DNA of 64,000 nucleotides from Terriglobales bacterium (GTDB lineage: Bacteria > Acidobacteriota > Terriglobia > Terriglobales > Acidobacteriaceae), in the NCBI GenBank assembly GCA_963792225.1, contig CAWBVM010000011.1, forward strand, positions 37,406 to 101,405, read 5' to 3'. The translations under genes and the position numbers were made by a program. This document shows, piece after piece, positions 47,874 to 58,603 of the stretch. Position 1 is the first letter of the stretch, and the number at the start of each line of letters is the position of its first letter. The notes beneath the pieces are model-generated. The model searched no databases. It was not told where the DNA came from and worked only from the letters and a program-made list of their open reading frames with translations.

Positions 47874-48623
47874 TTATTTCGGGTTCGTGCTGCTGCTGGA
47901 AGTCGACATGTTTGACTTGTCCTTGTCTTTATCTTTGTCCATGTCTTTGTGCTTCATGCCGCCGATGTTGCAAGTAGTCGACACCATTTCCAGATTGGTC
48001 ACAGTCAGTGACTGGGGGTTCTTGTCGCCGGCCGCCACTGCTGATGCGGAGCTGTCGCCAGTGATCTTAACTTCATGTCCCTTATGTGCGGAAAGGTCCT
48101 GAGTCGAGTTCAACATGTATTTCGCGTCACTGGTCATCAAGTAATACTTGCCATGCTTTTCCTTGATGCAACCATCATAAGAGGTTCCGGTGCTCGAAGC
48201 GGCCATCGACGAGGAAGATGCACTCTGCCCAGCCATCGATCCGGCCTGATCGGACTGTGGCGCTGTGCTCGGGGTGCTGCTGGGGGCGGTCGTCGTAGCG
48301 GCGCCACCGGTGGTCGTGCTCTGGCTTGCACTCGAGCTTGCACTCGGAGTCGACTGATCGCTTGCGCTCGATGAGCTGGAGGGCATCGAAGCCGAAGGAG
48401 CCGTCGAGGATTGTGAACTGCTGCTGCTCGGGGATGCACTTGGCGATGCGCTCTGATCAGTCGTGCTGCTCGTGCTGGACTGTGATGGCGTGCTCGCCGT
48501 GCTGGTCGAACTGGTCTGCGGCGTTGTGCTGGTTGTTGAGGGTGAAGATGAGCTGCTGGTCTGCGCTGTACACGCGAACGCAGCCAGCACTGTCATAGCT
48601 AAGATAGTTTTCTTCATGAGCAA
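47874..48623 (-). CDS. Secreted Ser/Thr/Ala-rich low-complexity protein with a globular C-terminal domain
   Basis: Signal peptide, about 130 aa of S/T/P repeats, then YDGCIKEKHGKYYLMTSDAKYML...TTCNIGGMKHKDMDKDKDKDK. Confidence 0.65.
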   Translation of the reverse strand: MLMKKTILAMTVLAAFACTAQTSSSSSPSTTSTTPQTSSTSTASTPSQSSTSSTTDQSASPSASPSSSSSQSSTAPSASMPSSSSSASDQSTPSASSSASQSTTTGGAATTTAPSSTPSTAPQSDQAGSMAGQSASSSSMAASSTGTSYDGCIKEKHGKYYLMTSDAKYMLNSTQDLSAHKGHEVKITGDSSASAVAAGDKNPQSLTVTNLEMVSTTCNIGGMKHKDMDKDKDKDKSNMSTSSSSTNPK

Positions 48624-48727
48624 GGTTCTCCTTCTGGGTGTGACTCCATGGCTTCAAGCGTTGGGATGGTCCCCCACCACTGGGGGTTGTCACCAGTCTT
48701 TAAGCATTTCAATCTGCGAAAATAGAG

Positions 48728-50691
48728 ATGATCCAAATGATTCAGCTCTCAGATGCAGGCAAGCGCTTTGGTCCGAAGTTGCTGTTCGAACACCTTGACT
48801 GGCTGCTCACGTCGCATGATCGTGTTGGGATCGTTGGTGCCAACGGCACCGGCAAGTCCACGCTGATAAAGGTCTTGGCGAGGACTCGAGACACTCGACT
48901 ATGGTTCGGTGACTCTGCCCAAAGGTGTCACGATCGGCTACCTTCCTCAAGATGGACTGAAGCTCTCCGGCCGCACGCGTCTTCGATGAGTGCATGACCG
49001 TCTTCGAGGGGGTGCAGGCGCTTGAAACAGAGACTGCACGATCTTTCTGCTCGCATGTCGGTGATCGACCCACGAGTCGCGGAGTACAAGCGAGATTGCG
49101 GAACGGTATCCATCGCGTCGAAGCAGAGTTCCGCACTCGCGATGGATACGCGTTGGAAGCGCAGGTCGGATCGGTCCTGAACGGACTGGGCTTCCGCAAA
49201 GAAGATTGGTACGCGGCGCACCGAAGAGTTTTCCGGCGGATGGCAGATGCGCATCGCGCTCGCCAAGCTGCTGCTCGCGAAGCCCAACCTGCTGCTGCTG
49301 GACGAGCCGACCAACCATCTCGATCTCGAGACGCGCAACTGGCTCGAAGAGTATCTGCGCGAGTTATCCGTACGCTTACGTCCTGATCTCGCATGACCGC
49401 TATTTCCTCGACGTCACGGTGAACAAGACCGTCGAGATATGGAACAAGCGCGTCCACTTTTACAGCGGCAATTACGAAAAGTATCTGCAGCAGAAAGCAG
49501 GAGCGCAAGCGACACAGCTGGAAGCCGCGTACAAGAACCAGCAGGACAAGATCGAGCAGCTCGAAGCGTTCATCAATCGCTTCCGCGCGCAGGCGACAAA
49601 AGCGAAGCAGGTGCAGAGCCGCATCAAGGAACTGGAGAAGATCGAGCGGATCGAGATTCCGCCTGACGAGACGAACCATCCACTTCTCCTTTCCGCAGCC
49701 CAGCCCAGCGGACGCAAGGTGGTCGAAGCCAAGGACCTGGCCAAGAGATACGGCGAAAAGCAGGTGTTCAGCGAGGTGAATTTCACCATCGAGCGCGGAG
49801 ACCGCATCGCGCTCGTCGGCGTGAACGGAGCCGGCAAATCGACGCTGATCAAGCTGCTTGACCGGCGCAGAACCGCCCACCGCGGGCGAGCTGAAGCTTC
49901 GGCCACAACGTCGAGCCGGATTACTTTGCCCAGGACCAGTACAAGGAACTCGATCCCAACGCGCGCATGCTCGACGACCTGTCCGAGGCTGCTCGCCGCG
50001 CTGCAAGCAGACCGAGTTGCGCAGCCTGCTCGGGTGTTTCCTCTTCTCTGAAGACGATGTGTTCAAGACTCATCGGCGTGCTCTCCGGTGGCGAGCGCAA
50101 TCGCTACGCGCTGGCGCGCATGCTGCTGCATCCTTCGAACTTCCTGCTGCTCGACGAGCCCACGAACCACCTCGATATGCGCGCCAAGGATGTTCTGCTG
50201 GAGGCGCTCGAGAAGTTCAACGGCACGGTCGTCTTCGTCTCCCATGACCGCTACTTCATCGACAAGCTGGCGACCCGCGTCTTCGAGATCGGCGACGGCG
50301 CGGTCGATGTCTTTCCCGGCAACTACGAGGACTATCTCTGGCGCAAGCAGCGCGACGGAGACCAGGAAGTTGTCACAAGTGAAAGACGAAAGGCGCAACG
50401 CACTCTTCCGGAATTCCCGCTGGCTGCGATGCCACAGATAGATGATACAAAGCCCAAGCGGATCAATCCGATCAAACTCAAACAAATGGAGTTGAGCGTC
50501 GTATTGCTCTCGAATCGGAGATCGCCGAGCTTGAATCCGGAATCACGGAATGCGAGACCGCTCTGTCAAAGTTTCGTCTCCTCCGAGGAGACTCAGCGGC
50601 AAACGGCACTGCTGGAGCAACGCAGGAGACAGCTCGATGAGGCTTCGCTGAGTGGGAAGAGATCACACAGCTGGTCGAATCAAATGCCTAA
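48728..50691 (+). pseudogene. ABC-F family ATPase (Uup/YheS/EttA-like), interrupted by more than ten frame changes
   Basis: Collinear ABC-F segments in alternating frames: [141 protein letters not shown]..., TIHFSFPQPSP, GVNGAGKSTLIKLL, GAEPPTAGELKL, GHNVEPDYFAQDQ, LIGVLSGGERNRYALARML...VSHDRYFID, VERRIALESEIAELE, AEWEEITQLVESNA*. Confidence 0.9.
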
Positions 50692-51156
50692 GGCCTGTTC
50701 GTTTGTGGCAGTAGTTTTGTCCGGAGCGCCACGTTTGGCATAGCTGTATCCGAACCATAGCGCGTAGAAAAAGCTCAGCATTGCGCCGGACATGATGGTC
50801 GCAATCCAATAAGAAGTCGTCATCTTGTGCAGCACCATGGCGTAGTCGCCGCATACTCCGAGCGCAAGCAGGAACATCGCGCCGAGTAGCATGCGAGAGC
50901 TATACCGGTGCATGCGTTCCGTGTTCTCGCCTCCCTCGGCGATGCGATGGAAGGCCGCGGGAGCCATGAGCAGTACCGTGCTCGCTCCTATGGCAGCAGG
51001 CTGCAGACGTGCAACACCTTGTCGTTGAATGGAAGCAGAAGCAAAGCCTTGTTCCAGCATTGCGATTAACTGAAAACCGAGCAGTGCCTGTGCTCCCGGC
51101 AGCACCATTCTTGTCTCAATCAGTACTGTTTTGATTTTTTCGTCGAGAGAAGTCAA
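50680..51156 (-). CDS. DUF6328-like membrane protein, paralogue 2
   Basis: The TTG at 51156 gives (M)TSLDEKIKTVLIETRMVLPGAQALLGFQ..., aligning residue for residue with the paralogue-1 N-terminus MADLKSKVEDALNETRILILGGQVLIGS. Also has an AAFHRIAEGGE motif. The family name is from memory. Confidence 0.6.
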   Translation of the reverse strand: MTSLDEKIKTVLIETRMVLPGAQALLGFQLIAMLEQGFASASIQRQGVARLQPAAIGASTVLLMAPAAFHRIAEGGENTERMHRYSSRMLLGAMFLLALGVCGDYAMVLHKMTTSYWIATIMSGAMLSFFYALWFGYSYAKRGAPDKTTATNEQALGI

Positions 51157-51229
51157 TGTGCCAGCTTCATTCTGCTTCGGGATTTCTTCGTGCTTGAGTT
51201 TGCGATGCGTTTCTCGGCTGTCATGTCGC

Positions 51230-51652
51230 TTAGCGCTCCACGGCAACAGATACCATGCCGCGATAGCGACCAAGAACGACGATGAACCCACGTACGATCG
51301 TCCACGCGGAGCTCATGATCTCATGGGCTGCAACCGAAACGAACGAACCCAGGCCTGCTGCGAAGACGAACAATGTCCAATCCATGACCCGGGTAGTTAC
51401 CTCGTGGAGATCCGCGGTGTCTTCTCCGAACTCAGCGATCTGGTGAAACGCGGCAGGGAACATGAGCAACCCGATGCCCAATAGCATCGCCCCGAGTACC
51501 CAGGTGATCTCCCACTGGACTCCTCGTGCCAAGTCATTGAATCGATACAGGAAGAACATGCGGTATGCCGAGCCGATCAGAACTTGGCCCCCGAGGATCA
51601 GGATTCGGGTTTCATTGAGTGCGTCTTCGACCTTGGACTTGAGATCCGCCAT
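51230..51652 (-). CDS. DUF6328-like membrane protein, paralogue 1 (C-terminus probably frameshifted near 51262)
   Basis: MADLKSKVEDALNETR...PAAFHQIAEFGEDT. After ...WTIVRGFIVVL the homologous continuation VAIAAWYLLPWSAKR lies in the +1 frame, aligning with paralogue 2 (WIATIMSGAMLSFFYALWFGYSYAKR). Confidence 0.6.
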   Translation of the reverse strand: MADLKSKVEDALNETRILILGGQVLIGSAYRMFFLYRFNDLARGVQWEITWVLGAMLLGIGLLMFPAAFHQIAEFGEDTADLHEVTTRVMDWTLFVFAAGLGSFVSVAAHEIMSSAWTIVRGFIVVLGRYRGMVSVAVER

Positions 51653-51722
51653 GCGCACATACAAGCGAGACGAGGAACGGGTGCCTTGCAACGCGAGCGC
51701 GATTGTAGCAGCCCAGGAATCA

Positions 51723-53387
51723 CTAACTAGGATCTATCTCGTTGTTCATGATCATCGATTCGCTGATCACCCGCGCTCTGGAATACGTATCTCTCGATCC
51801 GGCTTGCAACATCTTCTCGTCCGAGAGCAACTTTTGTAGCTCATCCTCGAAGAGACGCGAGACGAACTGTGGCGTATGAGAGATCTTCTTCCCATCTTCG
51901 TCCACCATAGCGACGCGATCATGGTGCAGGATACGCTGCGCGATCATCAGGCGGTAGATGCGGTCGGTCGCAAGGTCTTCCATATAACCGTCGAGCAGGC
52001 TTGCGCCCCGTCCATTCAATACTCCATTCCGATAACGGATGACGGTGCGCACTGCCGCGCGCGTACCTGCAACGGTCCGCTTGCCCAACACCTTCGACAG
52101 AGGGCCGAAGGTCGGGATATCTGTCAGTTTTCGGCATGAACGTGAGCTGGTTCGGTTCAGGGAACTGGTCCACGGCGATACTGTTTTGGTCCGGGTGTCC
52201 GGTCCATGCTCCGTCCATCCCGCAATTCGCCTCGTTCTTCTTGTCCTGCGCCAACATCTTGAGTGCACGCTCATTCAATTCCGCATTCGTCCGGTCCGGA
52301 TAGAGCGCGGTCATCCCACCGATCGCCAGTGCGCCTCGCTTATGGCAGATATATGGAATCAATAAACGAAGGTTCTGGAAAGAACTTCACATCGTGCGGG
52401 ATCGTATTGCGGTCAGGCAGCACCCAATCCGGATCATTCAGATTGAAATGGATAAGCGATGCCATATAGTCCCAGCGTCCGAGATTCAAGCCGAGGATAT
52501 GGTCTTTCAGCCGATACAGGAACTCTTCGATCTGGTACGCCAGCGGATGCGACTCCACCAATGCAAAACACTTGATGAAATCCGGCGACCATCCCTTCTT
52601 GCGCGCAATCTCTTTAAACAGTGCGCTCCACCACTCCGCCTCTGCCGCGCTCTCCGTCTTCGGGATATAGAACGTCAGCGGATGCTTCAACTCCCTCGGC
52701 TTCCGATCCCCGAATGTAATGCGTGCAACGTCATAGAGTGACGCGGCAGTCAGGTCGCTCGAAGGCCGTTGTCGAGCCTGAGCGCTCGTTCCCACCGGAC
52801 GCTTCCCCACACCATACTCCGCATCAAGCCCTGTAAGCCTCTGCGAGAGATGCAGACCGCGCGCGCGGACCATTGCAACGGTCTTCGACGGATGATTCCG
52901 ATTTGCTGATTGCGCTTCTTGTCGAAGTAGCTGAGTTCGCCACGTCAGCGCCAAAAGGACATTCCTGATTCCTGATTCGTAACGCTCCCACTGATTCGCC
53001 ATCGAGTCTTCAAGATCGATCATGACTCCGGGCGCGCCGCTGTTAAGCATCTTGACCACCGAACTTCCGGCATCATCAGCGGGTCCCGTCATCTGGTTGC
53101 GCTGGTCCAGGCACCATTCCGGAAAGCGAGATCCGCCAGCTCTCCTCTGTCGCCGCTGAAGGAGTCAGGTGATTCGGAGCATCTCCCTCGAGCGCCGCAG
53201 CAAGGGCACGGCCCCGGGCGTCCACCAACCGTTGTTGCCAAGGCGCAAATACCTCATGCAGTTCGCGATACCAATCCAGAAAGCCCTGCGGCTGCGAATT
53301 CAGGTCCGGTGCAGTATTGCGCAGAAAACCCTTCAGCGCGCGCCTCTCACTGCGCTGGAGAGGACTGGAAATCGGTTCACTGCTCAT
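51723..53387 (-). pseudogene. aceB: Malate synthase A-type enzyme, at least five frame changes
   Basis: Collinear pieces: ..ESWRI, MTGPADD..MIDLEDSMANQWE..VLLAL, RGELSYFDKKRNQQIGI (alternate frame), VAMVRARGLHL..FYIPKTESAAEAEWW..IKCFALVESHPLAYQIEEFLY..LNLGRWDY..PDRN, ICHKRGALAIGGMTALYPD..DGAWTGHPDQ, GKRTVAGTRAAVRTVIRYRNGVLNGRGASLLDGYMEDLATDRIYRLMIAQ. Confidence 0.8.
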
Positions 53388-53593
53388 GCGAAATGCGCCT
53401 CCGGCAACGGGAAAGACAGCTCACAACTCTGCAAGAACCGCAAAGCCAGAGGAGAGTTGTTCGTCCAAGCTCTAATCGTCAATTTTTGTGTTCCGTATGT
53501 TGAATAAAGACGCGCGGATGTTAACCCAGTCGACAACATGCTGAGTGGAGAAAAGCGCGTGCGGAATGAGGATGAAGCGATCGAAGGATCGCG

Positions 53594-54942
53594 CTAGCTG
53601 GTCGCTTCTGCCGGAAGAGCGTTGTTCCTGTTCTCTTGAACTCGAACCTCAGGACCATGCGCTGGACGGTACATGCCATTCGCAATCGCCGGACTGAATT
53701 GCCATTGGCGCGCAGCTTCCAAGGCATGGTTTGCGAAGTACCGGCTCGGACCGTGCGCTCAAGTACGGCCCCCACGACCTTCCCCGGACGGATCGACGAC
53801 GACCTTCACTCGGGACTTGATCGTCCCATCGATCGTCGCACTCGCCGAGTACGGAACATCGGGCAACACCTGATGGACAACGCTCCCGCGGGCTTCGCTT
53901 GGACTACGCTCGTAGCCTCGGGGAGGGAGCCGGAGATGCCGGAGCAATGACAGTCGCCGCCGGTGCCACAGAGGCAGTCTGACTTCGGTTCTCCGCTCCG
54001 CCTTGCAAGCGTGATCACCGGAATAGCAACCATCAGGACCAGAGCGGCCACCGCGAGTGGAACCAAGAAAGCGGCGTTGCCCCGAATCTCTCTTTTACGA
54101 CCCCAGGCACTGCCTGCTGCGTCCTTTTGTCTTCTGTATCCCGCGAACCGCCGGTGACAAGATGCGCCGAGATCTCGGCTGGGGTCCAGCGACGGGCGGC
54201 ATCGCGGACGAGACAGTTCCTCACGATCTTCCGAACGGCGCGGGCAGCATCTCCGGCAATACCGGATTGCCACCCTTTGCCGTATCCCAGCACGGGAACA
54301 CGTTGCGTCAACGCTTCCACCAGCGTGACTCCCATGGCCCACGACATCCGCTGCGGGCGAGATTCCTCGCGAGGTGATCTCGGGCGCGGTGTAGATGCAG
54401 GAACATGCGGCATAGTCAGGGCGCCTGCTTCATGAATCCGTCACTGAGAGCTTCAGTTGCTCACCGATGGCCATGATGTTCGCCGGCTTGATATCGCCGT
54501 GGACCAGGCCATGGCCGGTGAAGAAACGCAACGCACTCAGCAGAGGACGAACATTTCCGTCGCTTCCAGCGCCGTAAGCGGACGGCAGGGAAGCAATTGC
54601 GCCAGATTTTGATCGGCGCATTCCATGACGGTATAGAGCATTGCCCGGCCGCCGATCCGGCATGTTCCCCGTCTCGAAAAGGCGAATCAGATTCGGATGA
54701 GACAGCTTCGCCGCCATCTCCCACCGCTTAAGCTGCGCCGAAACATCCTGCGGCTCACAAAGAACCAGCTTGATCGCGGCTCGCTGTGACCCTCGGCGCT
54801 CTGTCAAAAAGACAGCGCTTCGCTCCGTCCCGCCCAGATATCCAAGCAGGGGGAATTTGCCATCGACGACTTGGCCGGTCAACTCTTGCGCGGAATCGGC
54901 CAGCTTGCTCAAACGGGGTTCGCTCACAAGCATGGTTACCAT
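53594..54942 (-). pseudogene. Ser/Thr protein kinase - TM helix - TonB_C-like domain protein, multiple frame changes
   Basis: Kinase motifs AIKLV, HPNLIRLFE, HGLVHGDIKPANIM, DVWAMGVTLVEALTQ (alternating frames). TM AAFLVPLAVAALVLMVAIPVITL (about 54007-54075). C-terminus VVHQVLPDVPYSASATIDGTIKSRVKVVVDPSG..YFANHALEAARQWQFSPA..VLRFEF. Both ends are approximate. Confidence 0.7.
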
Positions 54943-55217
54943 CGTAATGACGAAAGCAAGAGGAACACGCAATTCCAGCCGTTACCATCTCGATACGGGT
55001 GTCTACACGCCTCGGCTTAAGCGTTCACCCAATTCCTGCCGCCGCAAGCGATAGCGTGGGGGCTCTTTTCGCGCGCTCTCTCAACCGGGGCGCCCTTCGA
55101 TTTAGGCCAGTGCGTCGTTATCTTCGGGTCACCGAATCCTTCTATACAGTGCAGAACGCACTTTGAGATCTGTTGATATAGATCACCCCATCGAAAATAG
55201 AAAGTCAGGGGAATCCA

Positions 55218-55826
55218 TTGACGAAGGTATTCGCATTTCTGGCTGCGGCATTATTTATGAGTAGTTACTCTGTCGCGCAGACGAACGAAATTGGTTTCTT
55301 GCTGGGCAGGCACGTAGTGTCAAGCGCCGGCGCGATCACGCCCGATCATCTTGAAACCAAAGGCGGCGTGGCCTACGGGCTCACTTATTCGCATTCCTGG
55401 ACTCGCCACCTGCCCATCTCGGTCGGATACGAAATACCCTTCGTCGCTACTCCAAGCCAGTTCGTCCGCTCAAACGATGTGTCCGTTCCCCGCAACTACG
55501 CCTCGATCTTCGTGACTCCGGCATTGAGGGTAAAGTTATTGCCGAATTCTGCGATTTCTCCCTGGGGCAGTGTCGGGGGCGGATACGCCCGCTTTGACGA
55601 GAGCACGACGCTGGTGACTGGCCAGAAGAACACCTTCAAGACCGGCAAGAATTCTGGCGCGTTCGAAGTCGGCGGTGGTGTTGATTTCAAACTGCCGATT
55701 CTCCCGATCGCATTGCGCGGCGAGGTCCGCGATTTCTACGCAGGAGAGCCGCAGCTCAACTTGCCGCGTACGAACGATAAGCAGCACAACGTAATCGTCT
55801 CAGGCGGATTCGTCCTTCATTTCTAA
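55218..55826 (+). CDS. Outer-membrane beta-barrel protein (OmpW/porin-like small barrel)
   Basis: TTG start, signal peptide ending VAQ, alternating-hydrophobic strands, and a C-terminal aromatic beta-signal (GGFVLHF). Confidence 0.75.
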   Translation: MTKVFAFLAAALFMSSYSVAQTNEIGFLLGRHVVSSAGAITPDHLETKGGVAYGLTYSHSWTRHLPISVGYEIPFVATPSQFVRSNDVSVPRNYASIFVTPALRVKLLPNSAISPWGSVGGGYARFDESTTLVTGQKNTFKTGKNSGAFEVGGGVDFKLPILPIALRGEVRDFYAGEPQLNLPRTNDKQHNVIVSGGFVLHF

Positions 55827-55854
55827 ACGATGATTGCTAACATCAGACGTTGCG

Positions 55855-58323
55855 TCACTGGCGCAACGCGATCATCGGATTGACGTTCACCGCGCGCTTC
55901 GCGGGGAAGTGCCCTGCCAGCAGCGACACTAAGAGCAGAAGCGTCGGCACGATCACGAACACGACTGGGTCGAACGGGCGAATTTCGAAGAGCAAGGTCC
56001 GAAGCGATGGCGCCAGGAAGCCCGCAAATATCAAACCAATGATGATCCCCGTGCCGGAAAGAAGAGTTCCTTCGCCTGAGATCAGCGCTCGAATGTCGCG
56101 TGGGCCAGCACCGAGTGCCATCCGTATCCCGATTTCATTCGTCTTCTGGCCGACCATGTATGCCAACAGGCCGTAGATCCCAATGGAGGCCAGAATCAGG
56201 GCCAGGACTGCGAACGCACCAATTAGCTCGGCAGAGAAGCGCCGGGCAGCCAGAGAAGTGTCGATGAGGTCATCCATCGCGCGCACATTGAAGATGGGCA
56301 AGCTCGGGTCTACCGCCTGAATCTCGCGCCGGATTCGCGGCTCGAGAGTGGCCGCCTGCTCGCTCGTCCGCAACACCACGCTCATTGTTTTGGGTTGGAA
56401 TTGGTAGATCGAGGTATAGATGTGTGGGGAAGCATCCGCGTCGAGGCCGTCGTGCTTGATATCGCCAACCACTCCGACGACTGTTATCCACCGTGGAGCT
56501 GCAGCCCGCTGGGCGAGAGCCACCCGCAATCTCTTGCCGATCGGGTCCTGATTGCCCCAGAAGCGGCGTGCAGTAGCTTCGTTGACCAGCGCCACTTGCG
56601 GTTTGCCTTTTTCGTCAGTCTGTTCGATGAACCGTCCGCGCAGCAATGGTGCTTGCAGCACTTTGAAATAGGTAGGATCTACCCCGCTTATCTCCGCATT
56701 CAAGTCTTGAGCAGCATTGGCCGGGAGGTCCTCAATGATGATGGGAGCGCGGAAGGAGGAGCGTGTCATCGGCAGGTCCGTCGTGATTCCCGCGAGATCG
56801 ACACCCGGCTGCGCTCCGATACGGTGCACTACTTCACGTATGAAGCTCTCTTCTACCCCGGGCTGCGCATAGTGGTCCGTCTTCGGATCGTTGGGCGCCG
56901 GCAGCCACAGGCTCGCAGTCACGACGCTCTTAGGGTTGAACCCGGGATCTTCTTGCAGCAGTCTCCAAAACGTTCGCAGCAACAGACCTGCCCCGACCAT
57001 CAACACCACCGCTAATGCCAGCTCAGACACAATCAGAATACGGCGCAGCCGCATTGTCTTTGGGCTATATCCGGAGCCGCTTCCGCCTTCGCGAATCTGT
57101 TCGGAAAAGTTGGTCTTGGCGGATTGAAGGGCCGGCGCCAAACCGAACAGGATTCCGGTCAGTATCGAAATGAGAAGGGCGAAACCAAGAACTCTCCAAT
57201 CGATGCTGACGTGCGTGACCACGGAAAATCGTGACGGCACAAAGTGCAGCAGATACTTCATCGTCCCTATGGAGGTGAGAATTCCCAGGATGCCTCCGAG
57301 CACTGACAGAAGGATGGCTTCCGTCAACATCTGTCGCACCATCCGATTGCGGCTCGCACCGAGAGAGAGCCTTACCGCCATCTCACGTTGCCTGCCCGAA
57401 GCGCGGGCAAGAAGCAGGTTGGCAATGTTGACGCACGCGATCAGCACGATCAAAATGACAGATCCCATCAGTACAAGCAGCATGGGGCGTACGTCGCCGA
57501 CCAGGAAGTGTTGCAGAGGTTCGATATTGACCGACCAATCGCTGCCAGCAACATAATCCGTCGGATAGTCTGTCCTGAGCTCGCGTGCAAATGCAGAAAG
57601 CTTTCCTTGGGCTTGCTCAACGCTTATTCCCGGTTTGAGTCGGCCCAGGGCTTCTGGCAAAAAGCGGATATTTCGCGTTGGTTTCGGAAATGGGTTCGCG
57701 CTAAAACCGGCAGTCGCCCAGACCTCGACATCGTTTGCGACCGTCCTGCCCGGATGCCGGAATCCCGGCGGAAGCACTCCGACAATGGTGTACGGGTCGT
57801 TATCGATCAGCAGCTTCTTCCCCAGCACCTTCGGGTCTCTTCCCAGCGAACGGCTCCAAAGGCCATCGCTGATCACGATCCCCTCGGCGAATCCCTGTGC
57901 ATACTCTTCCGCGCCAAACACGCGTCCGAGTTGGGTGCGGGCGCTGAGCATCGTGAAGTAATTCGGGCTGACCGCGAGAAGTTCTATGCGCTCCGGATGT
58001 TGCGTGCCGGTGAGGTTAGCGCTGACTGGCCATATGACCGAAAGCTCATCGAATACGCCTGCCTTCGATCTCAGGTCGTCCATCTCTGGAACAGAGAATC
58101 CGACCGCATTGACGCCGGTCTGGTTGTTACCGCTCACCACCCGGACGAGGCGCCCCGCATCCCGATACGGCAGCGGACGCAGTAGTAACGCATTCACCAT
58201 GCTGAAGATGGCCGTGTTGGCCCCGATTCCCAAAGCTAGCGTAGCCACAGCAACCAGGGTGAACCCAGGAGAGTTGCGTAGCACGCGCGCACCGTAGCGG
58301 AGATCCTGCATCACGCCATGCAT
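55855..58323 (-). CDS. ADOP-family duplicated FtsX/MacB-type ABC permease (TIGR03434-like)
   Basis: N-terminus QDLRYGARVLRNSPGFTLVAVATLALGIGANTAIFSMVNALLLRPLPY, two MacB periplasmic domains and two FtsX 4-TM modules. 822 aa, intact. Confidence 0.9.
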   Translation of the reverse strand: MHGVMQDLRYGARVLRNSPGFTLVAVATLALGIGANTAIFSMVNALLLRPLPYRDAGRLVRVVSGNNQTGVNAVGFSVPEMDDLRSKAGVFDELSVIWPVSANLTGTQHPERIELLAVSPNYFTMLSARTQLGRVFGAEEYAQGFAEGIVISDGLWSRSLGRDPKVLGKKLLIDNDPYTIVGVLPPGFRHPGRTVANDVEVWATAGFSANPFPKPTRNIRFLPEALGRLKPGISVEQAQGKLSAFARELRTDYPTDYVAGSDWSVNIEPLQHFLVGDVRPMLLVLMGSVILIVLIACVNIANLLLARASGRQREMAVRLSLGASRNRMVRQMLTEAILLSVLGGILGILTSIGTMKYLLHFVPSRFSVVTHVSIDWRVLGFALLISILTGILFGLAPALQSAKTNFSEQIREGGSGSGYSPKTMRLRRILIVSELALAVVLMVGAGLLLRTFWRLLQEDPGFNPKSVVTASLWLPAPNDPKTDHYAQPGVEESFIREVVHRIGAQPGVDLAGITTDLPMTRSSFRAPIIIEDLPANAAQDLNAEISGVDPTYFKVLQAPLLRGRFIEQTDEKGKPQVALVNEATARRFWGNQDPIGKRLRVALAQRAAAPRWITVVGVVGDIKHDGLDADASPHIYTSIYQFQPKTMSVVLRTSEQAATLEPRIRREIQAVDPSLPIFNVRAMDDLIDTSLAARRFSAELIGAFAVLALILASIGIYGLLAYMVGQKTNEIGIRMALGAGPRDIRALISGEGTLLSGTGIIIGLIFAGFLAPSLRTLLFEIRPFDPVVFVIVPTLLLLVSLLAGHFPAKRAVNVNPMIALRQ

Positions 58324-58566
58324 CGGTTTGCCTCGACCTAATCAGAGCAATCCGAGTGCCAGAAAGTTATCTCCACCAAGCGACTGAGAATACAGCGGCC
58401 TTCCGAAAACAAAAGCACACAAGAGAAAATGAACAGTGTCCATTCCCGAACTCTCCACCCCAAAAACGAACACCGCATTTTCAAGGGTATCTAAGGCAGT
58501 GCAGAAGAATGCACACGGGAACCCGAGTCAGGAAATCCCGATCAGAGACTGCCGCGTTAGGCCCGG

Positions 58567-58603
58567 AAAAGACAAAAGACGGCGGACAAGTCTGTCCGCC
58601 GTC
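58567..58603 (-). terminator. Rho-independent terminator of gyrB
   Basis: Minus strand: gacggcggaca-gact-tgtccgccgtc followed by ttttgtctttt, 15 nt after the gyrB stop. Confidence 0.75.
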
